Shown: piece after piece, positions 31,504 to 41,956 of the stretch
Layout of the letters: the number at the start of each line of letters is the position of its first letter
Numbering within the stretch: the stretch's first letter is position 1
Source: an uncultured Planctomycetaceae bacterium
GTDB lineage: Bacteria > Planctomycetota > Planctomycetia > Isosphaerales > Isosphaeraceae
Length of the DNA: 64,000 bases
Assembly: GCA_963833985.1 (NCBI GenBank)
Contig: CAWIAD010000001.1
Span: 1,792,001 to 1,856,000 of the forward strand
Direction of reading: 5' to 3'
Translations under genes and position numbers: made by a program
The notes under the pieces: generated by a model
Seen by the model: only the letters and a program-made list of their open reading frames with translations
Told to the model about the DNA's origin: nothing
Databases searched by the model: none

Positions 31504-33218
31504 ATGGCATCTCGCTCGAAGTCCGGCTCGTCCGAGCCCGCACGCGGGGGTAAGCAACCATATCCTCGCTCCGGTTCTCAAGAGACTTCCGCTTTCTCAC
31601 AGTCGGAATACCCGACACCGGACACCCCAGATTACGTCATCTGCGAACTGGACTACGGAAGCCCGGTTGCGGTGCTGCCGGGAGCGGACGCGTTCGAGGG
31701 GCCGGAGTTCGTCGCCGATGTCCACGGCGCTCTGAATCAGGTGCTCGAGCAGTTTTCGATAACCCGGGTCGCCCCGCTCTTCGAGACCGGTTTGAAGAAG
31801 CGGGATTTCGCAGTCCGAGTCGAGCTCGCGTCCCAGGCGTACAGTCCTCGGACGCCCGCGGCGCAGGCGCTCTTGCGTCCCCGGCACGGGGCTTCACCGC
31901 GCCATCGCGCGAATTCAAACTGGCGGGATTCGTACAGATCGTGCCGGAAGACCCGGGGTCGTGCCAAAAGCTCGTCGAACAGCTGCTTCGAAATCCCGGA
32001 GTTTACAAGGCATACATCGCCCCGCGTGCCGTACCGGCCGCCAGCTCGCCACGTTCTGCCAAAGCCAGGTCGAAGGCCTCCAGTCGGGAAGCCGCGGTGA
32101 AGACCCCTGCGCGTCGAAAAAAGCCTTCAGCCGCGAAGAGCCGGATGCCGGAGACCGTCGGAGAATATCCAACCGGCGATAAGGCCGGCAGCCGGAACTT
32201 CGAGCCGGCTCAGGGCTACCTCTTCGACCCCCCTGATGGAATCGGGGCTGCATCCGTCTGGAACCGGCCTGGCTCAGTGGGGAAGGGGATCTCCATCTGC
32301 GACATCGAGACAGCCTGGAACCTTGACCACGAGGACCTTCCGCACGGAATCAAGCTGATCGGTGGAACCATGATCGACAGTCTCGCCGCGCGCAATCATG
32401 GAACCGCGGTTCTGGGAGAGATGGTCGGCATTCGCGGGAACATCGGCTGCGTTGGAATCAGCCACAATGCCAGGGCGTTCGTGCACTCGCACGTCATGAA
32501 CGGCGTGTCCAACCCGGCCGGGGCCATCGTCGCGGCGTCCAGCGCACTCAAGCCGGGTGACGTCATCTTGATCGAGTTACAGGCGCGGGGCGGCCCGGAT
32601 GACAGATTCCTCGCGATGCAATACTGGGACCCCATCTTCGAGGCCATGCGCGTGGCCGCCGACAAGGGTATCGTGGTGGTGGAAGCCGCCGGCAATGGAA
32701 ATGAGAGTTTTGACCGCTCCGAGTACAACAAGACCGGACTCCAGAAGGATTCCGGTGCGATTGTGGTCGGGGCTGGAGTTCCGCCATCGAATTATTACGA
32801 CGCGTACGATGATTCCGGAAGATTTGGCCCGTACTCCCGGATCGGTTCGCCTCGCTCGCGGATCTGGTTCTCCAATTACGGCAAGATCGTCGATCTTCAG
32901 GGATGGGGCTGGCATGTGACCACGCTCGGTTACGGAGACGCCCAGGGTGGGCCTGACGAGAAGAGATGGTATTCCCATCGGTTCGCGGGCACGTCAAGTG
33001 CTTCACCGATCGTGGCGGGGGCGGTTGCCTGCCTTCAGGCCTTCGCCAAGGCTCGGCTCCGTCGGCCTTTGACCCCGTCGGAAGTACGTGATATTCTAAA
33101 GATAACGGGTGCGCCACAGGCGGATGATGGTCCGCGCGCCCCGGCCACTCAGATAATCGGTCCGCTCCCCAATCTGGTTGCCGCGATGGATGAGGCCGAA
33201 CGACGATTCGGAAGCTAG
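31504..33218 (+). CDS. S8 subtilisin-like serine peptidase with N-terminal prodomain, no signal peptide (frameshift near 31860)
   Basis: Triad motifs ICDIE, NHGTAVLG, FAGTSSASP; oxyanion AAGNG. Confidence 0.9.
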
Positions 33219-33241
33219 CCGCCAGATCGGGAGGAAGAATC

Positions 33242-33595
33242 ATGCACCCCTTCGAGAAAGATTCCACAAGGCGTTCCGCGGGAGTTTATCCCCAGATGGA
33301 CCTGCGCCTCAAGGTAGGCTGGCGGTTCAATAAACGCCGCCGCGCACTTGTGGACGGGGACGGAAAGCAGGTTAGCCTGAAGGGGCTGCTTCCCTCGGGG
33401 ACAAAGGTCTTGCCGATGAGCCCCACCCTCGCCGACGCCGACCCGTCGAAGCTCTCTCGGAACGAGCAACTGCTCGCGCGATACCTTCAGGTCGTGCTTC
33501 CCCCCGAGGCCGACGCGGTCGATCTCGCGTCGTCCCTCCGCGAACTGGACGGCGTCGATCAGGTCTCGAACTCTCCGCAAGTCGCGCTGCCGTAA
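33242..33595 (+). CDS. Small protein resembling a stand-alone subtilase propeptide/inhibitor
   Basis: GGAGG RBS; C-terminal half resembles the prodomain of the upstream S8 peptidase. Confidence 0.6.
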   Translation: MHPFEKDSTRRSAGVYPQMDLRLKVGWRFNKRRRALVDGDGKQVSLKGLLPSGTKVLPMSPTLADADPSKLSRNEQLLARYLQVVLPPEADAVDLASSLRELDGVDQVSNSPQVALP

Positions 33596-33727
33596 TCGTC
33601 ACGCTTTCGGCCACCGACGCTGGCACTCGATTGATCCCCATCGATGCGAAAACGCGCGGCGAATCCCGGAAACAGGTCACTCCGAGGAGTCTGGATCGCA
33701 TCAGCGATGGATGTCTTCGGAGGCTTC

Positions 33728-33803
33728 CCCGCGCAACGCGCTGCTTTCCAGACTCGGCGACCCGATGATCCGCGCGGTCGGCATCAAGCGGTTCGGCGAC
33801 GAC
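33728..33803 (+). repeat. Degenerate direct copy of part of the PhyH gene 3' end (31168-31243)
   Basis: 41-bp core with 2 mismatches; translates MIRAVGIKRFGDD in both copies. Confidence 0.85.
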
Positions 33804-33842
33804 CCACCCTGCCAGTCCGCGGGAATCGTGGGATCGTCGAAT

Positions 33843-33946
33843 CGTAGGGTGTGTCCAGCGCAGCGCCGACGCACCATTCCCGAGGCAGCGCCGACGCACC
33901 ATTCCCGTCCCGGCGTGGGCTTCCCGTCCCGGCGCACCATTCCCGC
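33843..33946. repeat. GTAG-type REP and short tandem derivatives
   Basis: CGTAGGGTGTGTCCAGCGCAGCGCCGACGCACC followed by repeated CGCACCATTCCCG. Confidence 0.75.
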
Positions 33947-33947
33947 A

Positions 33948-34735
33948 CTAAAACTCCCTTCGGCCCTGCGCCAGCTCGTCCTCCCACTGGTCCAGGAGCG
34001 GCCAGTCGACAGCACACGTGCCGAAGTCGGCCATGTGCGTGTAGGACTCCAGGCGGGCAATGGTGGCATCCAGCAGCGCATCGTCCTTGCGGAAGATCGG
34101 GCCGTGAGAGGGGAGCAAGAACTCGACGTCGCTGGCCCGGATGCGCTTCAGGCTGGCGATGAAGTCGGGGAGGTTGGAGCCGTGGTGGGCGTCGATCACG
34201 CCCACGCTGCCGTCGCGAAAGATGTTGTCGCCCGAGAGCAGCAGCTTGCCCAGGCGGAAGGCGAGCTGGCCGGCCGTGTGGCCCGGCGTGCTCCAGACGT
34301 CGAGCGCGAGGTTCCCGACCTCGAGCCGGTCCCCCTCGTCGATCGTGCGGTCGATCTTGCACCGCGGCATGGGGATGAGGATGCCCTGGGCCTCGATCCG
34401 GGCATAGGTGAGGATCTCGTCTCCCTCCTCGAGCGCCTGGACGCTGCGGGGGTGGGCCACGATGGGACACTTGAGGATCTCGCGGCACGCGCCAGGCCCT
34501 GGGCATGGTCCACGTCGGCGTGGGTGGCGACGATCAGCTTGCAGGCGGAGAGGCTATAGTCCATCTTGCGGATCAGCTCCAGGACATCCGCCAGCTCGTC
34601 CAGGAACCCCACGTCGATGAGGGCATACTCGCTGCCGCCGTCAATCAGGTAGACGTTCACCCCCATCCGCCGGCGCACCTGGTAGTTCATCTCGATCACG
34701 CCGGGGAACACGTAATTCCGTTCGATCGTGGCCAA
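33948..34735 (-). CDS. MBL-fold metallo-hydrolase (frameshift near 34480)
   Basis: THADVDH, TPGHT, SGD and PSHG motifs. Confidence 0.88.
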
Positions 34736-34804
34736 CGCAGGCTCCTCGTCTCATGCCGGCATGGAATCGGATGCGGGCGGTATTCGCCAGGTATCAATCC
34801 TGGA

Positions 34805-35043
34805 TCGCAGTCGATTCTACCGGTTGCCTCCGTCGGCGCCAGCAGCAGGCAGTCGGCAGTGGGCAGTCGGCAGTCGGCAGTGGGAGTAGGCAGTTTGTAG
34901 GGTGGGTCGAGCCGCAGGCGAGGCCCACCAGGGCGGCAGTGGGCAGTCGGCAGTCGGCAGTGGATTCCACCGGTTGCCTCCGGCGCCGCCAGCGGTAGGC
35001 AGTGGGCAGCAGGCCCTATCGCAGTCGATTCTACCGGTTGTCG
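34805..35043. repeat. Composite repeat: GGCAGT(C/G) heptamer tracts, three GCAGT(C/G)GATT(C/T)ACCGGTTG-like units and one GTAG REP
   Basis: Direct reading; REP GTAGGGTGGGTCGAGCCGCAGGCGAGGCCCACC at about 34897-34929. Confidence 0.8.
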
Positions 35044-35634
35044 CTGGCGCGGCTCAACGCGAATGGGGTCGCGCGTGGACAGGGCAGGTCGGAGTCTCGG
35101 TTGGCGGTGTGTCTCGCAAAGGCCCCTGGCATGGAACGAGCGGGCCGGAACCAATCTCCATGCCGGCGCATCAAACAAACATCCCGCTGGACCCGATTGA
35201 AATTCTTTGTACTGTGCCTGGAGCATGATTTCTTGCTTCAATGGCGGCATGGGTGTTTTCGTTTGTTCGGACCGATGCCGCGGATGGATGGCGGTTCGCG
35301 GTTTCCGCGCGACTTGACAGAGGCCCTGGAGCGGGGTAAGTTGAATCGTGGCTTTTTGCTGGAAGTGTTTTGACTATCTCAAGATGAGTTCAGGGCTTCC
35401 GATCTGCACCTGGCGGCCGGGCGCGGCCCCGCCGTGTGGTATTCTGCCGGCCCGATACTTCCTTTGAACTGACCGGATCGCACCTGAAAACACCTCGAAG
35501 TGTACGCGCGTCCCGCGACCGATGCTGTCGGGCCTGCCGTCCACGGAGCGCCGGAATTCGGGTATTCGCGAGCTCTCCCCGAAGTGTCTGGACGATCACG
35601 AGGTTGGGGCGTCTTTCCAACGAGGTTTGCCGAC

Positions 35635-37227
35635 ATGGTCAAGGTGTTCTCGCCGGGGTGGCCGCGGGGACGAATGCCCGCGTCTTGCGTGGTCGGCCTT
35701 GTGCTGACTCTGATGATCGTGCTGCCCCCCTCCGGACGGGCCCTGGCGCAGCCGCCGGCAGGCACCAAACCGGCGGCGGCGAAGCAACCTCCAGCCACGT
35801 CGAGGGATGCCGCGGCCAAAAAAGATGCAGAGGCCGACGCGGCCAAGGGTAAGGACGACAAGAAGGACGATGACCAGCCAGCCGGGGAGGCCCCCCCCGA
35901 CCCCTCGCAGACATCGAGGATCGCGCCGGTCGAGATCTTCAAGGACCCCAACGCCGAGGACATCCTCGACCTCAAGAAGTTCCCGCCACTGCATTATCGC
36001 CTGCCGATGCGCGACGACATCGCGGCGGTGAAGGTGATGGCTCAGAACCCCAACCAGGCCGTCGACACCATCGTGATGCGCCGCATGGTGGAAGGCATGG
36101 TCGCCCAGCTCACCGACACCAAGAACATCCAGGCCCTGATCGACCCGCCCCCGCAGATGCCCGCCAGCTCGCCGACGATGCGGGCGATCGAGGAGGCCAC
36201 GAAGAACCTCCTCGATCCGATCTACATCGCCCGCGGACAGAAGAATTCCCGGTTCCTCTCGGAGTACAGCCGGGTCCTGCTGCGGGCGCTGACGCCCTTG
36301 CTGAAGCACCACCTGGTGCCCCGGGTGCAGGCCATGATCGTGCTCGGCCAGACCGGCAGCCCCGAGGCGATGAAGCTCTTCCTCGATGAGATCCGCAACC
36401 CTCAGCAGACGCTCTGGGTGAAGCTCTGGGCCATCCGGGGAATCATGAACGTCAAGCAGAACCCGGCGGCGCGGCTGACCGCGGCCCAGGAGATCGAGGC
36501 CGCGCGGGTGATCGCCGAGCAACTGGACGAGAAGACCAAGGACATGCCCTGGCCGATCCAGATGCGGGCGCTCGAGGCGCTCGGCCTGCTGCGACAGGGC
36601 TACATCCCCTCGGCGCCCAAGGGGGCCGAGATGGCCTCGGCGGCCATGCACGTGCTCTCCGACACAAAGGCCCGCACCGCCGTACGCGCCGAGGCCGCCC
36701 GGGCGCTGGGGTTGATGCAGATCTCCTCCGCGGTCCCCGGTTACAACGTCCCGCTGGTGGCCTATGCCGCGGCCCAGCTTGCCGCGACGTTGGGCGACCA
36801 TATCCTCGCCTGCTACTCGGCCGACAAGGGCAAGCCGCTGAACGCCACCCGCGCGGAGTTCCTCACCTCGCTACTGGTCGGTCCGGTTTACCAGGCCTTC
36901 GACGGGCAGCCGGGAGCGCGTGACAGCGGCCTGCTGCACGGCAGCGTGACCAGCGGGCGGAGCGAGGTCCAGAAGATCCTCGAACAGATCAAGCCGGTGG
37001 CCAAAGCCGCGCTGGAGCTGGTGCGTGCACCCAACGGCCAGCTCAAGGCGCGGCGGGCCGACCTCCAGGCGCGCGTCGAGGCGCTCAAGGAATACATTTC
37101 CAAGAACGCACCCGCCAACCATCACCTGGTGCCGGAAGATGATGGATACCTGGAAAACGCGACACCCCAGGCGGCTGCCGCCGAGCCTGGCACGGCCAAG
37201 GTGGCCCGGGCGCCCGGTGGCAAGTGA
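35635..37227 (+). CDS. Exported HEAT-repeat protein
   Basis: Hydrophobic N-terminal signal, low-complexity linker, PRVQAMIVLG and VRAEAARALG HEAT-like motifs. Confidence 0.75.
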   Translation: MVKVFSPGWPRGRMPASCVVGLVLTLMIVLPPSGRALAQPPAGTKPAAAKQPPATSRDAAAKKDAEADAAKGKDDKKDDDQPAGEAPPDPSQTSRIAPVEIFKDPNAEDILDLKKFPPLHYRLPMRDDIAAVKVMAQNPNQAVDTIVMRRMVEGMVAQLTDTKNIQALIDPPPQMPASSPTMRAIEEATKNLLDPIYIARGQKNSRFLSEYSRVLLRALTPLLKHHLVPRVQAMIVLGQTGSPEAMKLFLDEIRNPQQTLWVKLWAIRGIMNVKQNPAARLTAAQEIEAARVIAEQLDEKTKDMPWPIQMRALEALGLLRQGYIPSAPKGAEMASAAMHVLSDTKARTAVRAEAARALGLMQISSAVPGYNVPLVAYAAAQLAATLGDHILACYSADKGKPLNATRAEFLTSLLVGPVYQAFDGQPGARDSGLLHGSVTSGRSEVQKILEQIKPVAKAALELVRAPNGQLKARRADLQARVEALKEYISKNAPANHHLVPEDDGYLENATPQAAAAEPGTAKVARAPGGK

Positions 37228-37879
37228 TCCCGCTGGCCGCGCTCCGGCCGGCCCGCCGATCGTGGTCTCCGAACTGCGCGACTACGACCAGATCAACGCG
37301 GAACTGACCAGGCGGCTGAACCTGGGAGAACCGCACATCCGCCTGGTCGACGCGGGCGGCCAGCGCCTGCTCATCGCGCGCATCTCCGGCCCCTGGAACG
37401 CATGCATCGAGGTGCTGGGGCACGCCGGGCCGGAACTCGCCGCCGAGCTCGACGCTGCCGGCGTCACCGTGGTCTGCCGCGGCCGTGCGGACGATGGTGC
37501 CGGGCGCGGGCTCATCGCCGGTCGGCTCCTGCTTCTGGGCGATACCGGAGCAGCGATCGGATATGCCCAGCGCGGGGGGACGATCATCACGCTCGGCCGC
37601 GCCGGGCCGCGCGCGGGCTTGAACCAGCAGGGCGGCGACCTCCTCCTGCTGGGCCCCGCCGGCCCCCTCGCCGGGGAACGGCAAGCCGGCGGACAGATCT
37701 TCCTGGGCGCGCAACAGCCGCCCCACGCCGGCCGCGGCCGACGCTCCGGGCGGCTCATCGCGCTGGACCCGGACCGGTCCGCGCGACGGCCACTTCCGGA
37801 CCCGGCCGACGAGGCAGCCCTCGCCGCGGCCCGGGACCTGGCGCACTCCTTTCACACCTTTCCGCGAGGCGGACCCTGA
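37217..37879 (+). CDS. Stand-alone GXGXG beta-helix protein (glutamate synthase GltB C-terminal / FwdC-like)
   Basis: GQRLL, G.A.DGAG, GGTIITLGRAG.RAG, AGERQAGG repeats. Confidence 0.75.
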   Translation: MASDPAGRAPAGPPIVVSELRDYDQINAELTRRLNLGEPHIRLVDAGGQRLLIARISGPWNACIEVLGHAGPELAAELDAAGVTVVCRGRADDGAGRGLIAGRLLLLGDTGAAIGYAQRGGTIITLGRAGPRAGLNQQGGDLLLLGPAGPLAGERQAGGQIFLGAQQPPHAGRGRRSGRLIALDPDRSARRPLPDPADEAALAAARDLAHSFHTFPRGGP

Positions 37880-38433
37880 TGCGCTGCGGAATCACCGTCG
37901 GCACGATCGGCGGCCCGGGAAATTCCGGGCGGCCGCTGGGACGGCTGCTACTGCCGCTCCTGATGATGGTCCTGCTGCTGCTCACCGGCTGCCGCGAGGA
38001 GCTTGGCCCCGAACTTTTCCCCACCACGACTGTCTCCGGCCTGGTCGTGGAGGGCGGCCGGTCCGTGAGCGGGGGCTGGATCGAGTTCGTTCCCGTGGAC
38101 GGGACCGTCGGCGATATCCGCTCGGCCAGGCTGGGCGCTGACGGCTCGTTCCATGCCGACCGCGTGGCCATCGGCAAGAATGCGCTGCGGTTCGTGAACG
38201 CCCCTATTCATGTGCCCGGCGGCGCTTTCCTGTTCGCGCAGTTCGCCACTCCGGTCCGCCGCGAGATTCCGGCCCGGCCGTCGACGCCCCTGCACATCGA
38301 CCTGCTGGAAGAAGCGGTACGCTTTCAGGCGTCGCGCCGTACCCGCGTTCGCTCCGCACCCGCACAAGCACCATCGGCAGCCGCGCCCTCAACGGCAGCC
38401 GCGCCCTCGTCGGGATCGGGAGCCGCACCATGA
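37879..38433 (+). CDS. Lipoprotein, carboxypeptidase-regulatory-like domain
   Basis: Lipobox LLTGC; VSGLV..GGWIEFVP..DGSF pattern. Confidence 0.7.
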   Translation: MRCGITVGTIGGPGNSGRPLGRLLLPLLMMVLLLLTGCREELGPELFPTTTVSGLVVEGGRSVSGGWIEFVPVDGTVGDIRSARLGADGSFHADRVAIGKNALRFVNAPIHVPGGAFLFAQFATPVRREIPARPSTPLHIDLLEEAVRFQASRRTRVRSAPAQAPSAAAPSTAAAPSSGSGAAP

Positions 38434-39497
38434 GCGCCGCCACAAGAGTCCCGGCCGCCGGCCGCGCGGGCGCGAACGCGGCTGCGAACGCGGCCATGAC
38501 GATCCGGGCCGTCTACCGCGACGGCACCGGCGCGATCCAGCTTGACTGGCCCGTGGACCGCATTGCCGAGGCGGTCGCCGACGGACAGGGGACGCTCTGG
38601 GTCGATATCCTGAACCCGGACTCCGCCTCCTCGACGGCCGCCGCGGACTTGCTGCGCGATGTCTTCGCCTTCCATCCGCTGGCGGTCGAGGACGCGATCG
38701 AGGAGTCCAACATCCCCAAGATCGACGACTGGGGAGACTACGTGTACATCGTCTTCCACGGCACCGCGATCGACCCCGGGAGCGATGAGCTGCTGCTCCA
38801 GGAGCTCGACATCTTCCTGGGTGCCAATTACGTGGTCACCTACCACACCGAGCCGCTGGAGTTCCTGGAGCAGGACCGGGCCTCCATCGATCGCGACCCG
38901 CGCGACCGGCTCCAGCATGGCGCGGACCACCTGCTCGTCCGGTTCCTGGAGCGTGCGGTGGACCAGGCGCTGGTGACCATCGAGCACCTGGACGACCGCC
39001 TCGACACGATCCAGAACGAGGTCATCGCCGACCCGCGGCCCAGGAGCCTGGAGACGATTTTTCGCCTCAAGCGCTGCGCCATCCGGCTGCAAAAGATTTT
39101 CAACCCCCAGCGCGAGGTGCTGAACCGCCTGGCCCGCGACCCGTACAAGCCGGTCCAGCCCGCGCACCGGGTGTACTTCCGCGACGTTTACGACCACGTG
39201 GTGCGTATGCACGACATCTGCGAGAGCCTGCGCGACCTCATCGCCGGCACGCTGGAAACTTATCTTTCGGTCATGTCCAACCGCACCAACGACATCATGA
39301 AGACGCTCACCATGGTGACCGTGATGTTCATGCCGATGTCGTTCCTGGTGGGCTTTTTCGGCATGAACTTCTTCGGCGAAACGCTAGCCTTCCAGTCTCC
39401 CCTGCCGAAGCAGTGGCTCTTCTTCGGCTCCCTCCTGATCATGGTCATTTCACCGTCGCTGATGTGGGTCTACGCGCGGCGGAAGAAGTGGTTTTGA
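38430..39497 (+). CDS. corA: Magnesium/cobalt transporter CorA
   Basis: FHPLAVED, YFRDVYDH, NDIMKTLT, GMN signature, two C-terminal TM helices. Confidence 0.95.
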   Translation: MSAATRVPAAGRAGANAAANAAMTIRAVYRDGTGAIQLDWPVDRIAEAVADGQGTLWVDILNPDSASSTAAADLLRDVFAFHPLAVEDAIEESNIPKIDDWGDYVYIVFHGTAIDPGSDELLLQELDIFLGANYVVTYHTEPLEFLEQDRASIDRDPRDRLQHGADHLLVRFLERAVDQALVTIEHLDDRLDTIQNEVIADPRPRSLETIFRLKRCAIRLQKIFNPQREVLNRLARDPYKPVQPAHRVYFRDVYDHVVRMHDICESLRDLIAGTLETYLSVMSNRTNDIMKTLTMVTVMFMPMSFLVGFFGMNFFGETLAFQSPLPKQWLFFGSLLIMVISPSLMWVYARRKKWF

Positions 39498-39727
39498 GGG
39501 TCGGCTGTGTCCAGCGCAGCGACGCCGCACCACCTGGCCGCCGTGGCCATCTTGGCCGCCTTGGGCATCATGGCACGCATGCATTCACTTCGTAAGGTGT
39601 GTCAAGCGGAGCGACGACGCACCGGGGCACACCATCGGCAACGGTAGGGTGTATCAAGCGGAGCGACGACGCACCGGGGCACACCATCGGCAACGGTAGG
39701 GTGTGTCAAGCGGAGCGACGACGCACC
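39498..39727. repeat. REP array, 52-bp period, three copies plus one degenerate
   Basis: GTA(A/G)GGTGT(G/A)TCAAGCGGAGCGACGACGCACC at 39592, 39644 and 39696 with identical linkers. Confidence 0.85.
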
Positions 39728-40042
39728 AGCAGTCGTAGCAGTAGAAAGGATGAATGGACCAGTCGATCACGTGTGACGTGGGTTATCCCGGACATTTGAG
39801 GAACGCCTTGGGACAGAGCCATAAACGGGAGGACTGGTCCGTAAACTTCTCTATCAGGATGAAGCATCCGGGGGAAGAGTCCAGTGCGGCGACGAAACAC
39901 CGAGCACCGAGCCCCCCACGATCACATGGGCTACCAGATCCCACCACGATCCAACCACCACCACCGTGGCACCAGGAGACCCGGTTGATAGGTTTGCCCC
40001 TCGTTCCCACGCTCCGCGTGGGAATGCCGTCTGCGACGCTCC

Positions 40043-41693
40043 GAGACTGTGAGTTTTCGACCGCACGGCGGGTTTTCCCATCGGCGTGCGTCGATTGATC
40101 AGGGGTCGGGGTCGCGGTAGTTCCCCTGCGATCACGTCACCTGTGGGTGTTCTCTCCGCTATCGAGGCTCGAAAATGCCCTCCGCTGCCTGTTTTCTACC
40201 CCTTTTTACCTCATCCCTGCCCCTCCGCGACCGCCGCGCGCACGTTCCCCTGGTGCATCAGATTATGCGTGATCGCGTACAGCGTCGCCACGATCCGACA
40301 TTTTGTCCGGCCACGCACCGGCATCCGCCAAAGCCCTCTATTACGGCACATCGCGTTAACCCACTCCGCCGTCTGGGCCCGCAGCTTGTAGATCAACTGC
40401 GCCGCCTCCGTGCCCATCCGCTCCCGCCACGCCGCAGTGTTGTCCGTGTCGTGCGGCTTGCGGGCGTACGGGTCTTTGCCCGCCTCCTTCTGCTTCTCCT
40501 GGTCCTTGATCGGTGCATACACCTTGCAGCCACGCTCCTCGACCGCATCAATCGCGTCCAAAGATGCAAACCCACCATCGACAAGCATCTCATCCGGCAC
40601 GTCGTTGTAACGCGTCTCCAGTTGATCGAGCATCGGCGGCATTTCCTCGCTGTCGGTGCCGGCGTTGGTCACGTCCACCCCCACCACGATGCCTGTCGCC
40701 GTGTCGGTGGCGAACTGCACGTTGAACGCGGGGCGATAGCCGCCGTCGCTGAAGTTGATGTTCCGCGCCTCCGGATCGGTGGTCGACGCGCCGCGCCTCG
40801 GACGATTTCTCTTTTCTCCCCTTGTTTCTTTTCTCTTTCTTCTGCCGCAACTCCTCGCAATGGCGTGCCGCCTCCTCGATCCGCGCTTGACGCTCTGCCG
40901 CAGCACGCGCGCAGGCGGCCCGCTGCCGTTTCGACAGTTCGTCAGGGTTGGTTTCAGCCAGTTCTTTGAGCGCCTGGACCTGTGCTTCGGACTCGGCCAG
41001 CAACTCCTTGAGCCGCTCCCCACTGCGGAAGGAACTTTTACCGGCGTCGGCCCGCACCCGCATGCCATCCTGGGCCACCCGCTCCATGGTGACCAAGCCT
41101 TCGTCCATGAGCGTGGCGACGATCTGGGTGAGCATTTCGTCCCACTTCTCGCCTCCCTGGGAGCGGAAGTCGGCGAGCATGTGGTAGTTCACCGAGACGC
41201 CACCGCAGAGCCACTGGTAGGCGAGGTGGTTCTTGCAGAGGCGTTCCAGCTCGCGCGCACTGCCGACCCCCTTGAGGGTGGCGAACACCCAGAGCGCGAC
41301 CAGCAACCGGGGGTCGGTGGCGTCGCGGCCGACGTGGCCCTCGACGGCCTTGATGTCGGCGAGCCAGGCGTCGTGGTCCAGGCGGCAGACCATGGTCCAG
41401 ACGACGCGGGCCTGAGAGTCGGGATCGAGGCGATCGTCGAGCGAGGTCCAGGTGAATTCAACCTGATCGCGGTGCGGGACCCGAAGCCTGGGTTTGCCCC
41501 GACCGGGCGTGTTGGCGGCCTGCTCGGGGGTGGGCTCGGGGAGGTTGTCCGGCAGCAGGGGGAGGATTGTCACGGGAGCCTCGCGGGGATGAGTGGGTGC
41601 AAACGCCAGCAGGACGGAGGGCCATCGCTGTTCTGAATTATATCATGATCACATTTTCAGTACAATGGGGATCTCCGAAAAAATCACAGCCTC
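40043..41693 (-). mobile_element. IS1182-family insertion sequence, about 1.65 kb, inserted in a REP doublet
   Basis: Imperfect terminal IRs GAGACTGTGAGTTTT / AAAAATCACAGCCTC; flanks rejoin to the repeat seen intact at 8238-8369. Confidence 0.85.
40211..41573 (-). CDS. IS1182-family transposase (frameshift near 40795)
   Basis: DPRLLVALWVF..SARELERLC..YQWLCG, QDGMRVRA, STTDPEAR, VDGGF, YKLRAQTAE. Confidence 0.9.
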
Positions 41694-41840
41694 TCTGCGT
41701 CGATCGGGGGCCAGTGCTGAGGCTTGGAAATCCAGGGAACGCAGAGCGTCCCGACCGGTGTTCCCACGCAGAGCGCGGGAACAAGCCTGTCGCAAGCCTC
41801 TTACTCCTTTTCGTTAACGCTATTTCAACGGTATTGGCTC
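41694..41840 (+). repeat. Right part of a MITE/REP-doublet copy (left part 40000-40042)
   Basis: Ends with CGCTATTTCAACGGTATTG (41818-41836), identical to the MITE IR at 43982-44000. Confidence 0.85.
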
Positions 41841-41956
41841 TAATCCCATAGGATATGGTACGATACGAGACGTGGCCTGGCGCGGCGCAACACGATGATC
41901 GCAGGCCGGGGTGTGGGACCGATCGATGAGGGTCGGCTGTGGGAGAACCGGGCCGG

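Noticed and set aside
35341..35472. PilT-like N-terminal remnant (ASDLHLAAG)
   Set aside because: Match is only about 9 residues, bounded by stops; chance cannot be excluded
39592..39727. Possible CRISPR array
   Set aside because: Linkers are identical and only 20 bp, repeats are GTAG-type REPs found elsewhere in the window, and no cas genes are present
40780..40860. Programmed -1 frameshift in the IS1182 transposase at the A-rich tract
   Set aside because: The frame break maps to the GC-rich EAR/ASTTD junction rather than the A-rich stretch, and similar breaks occur throughout the window
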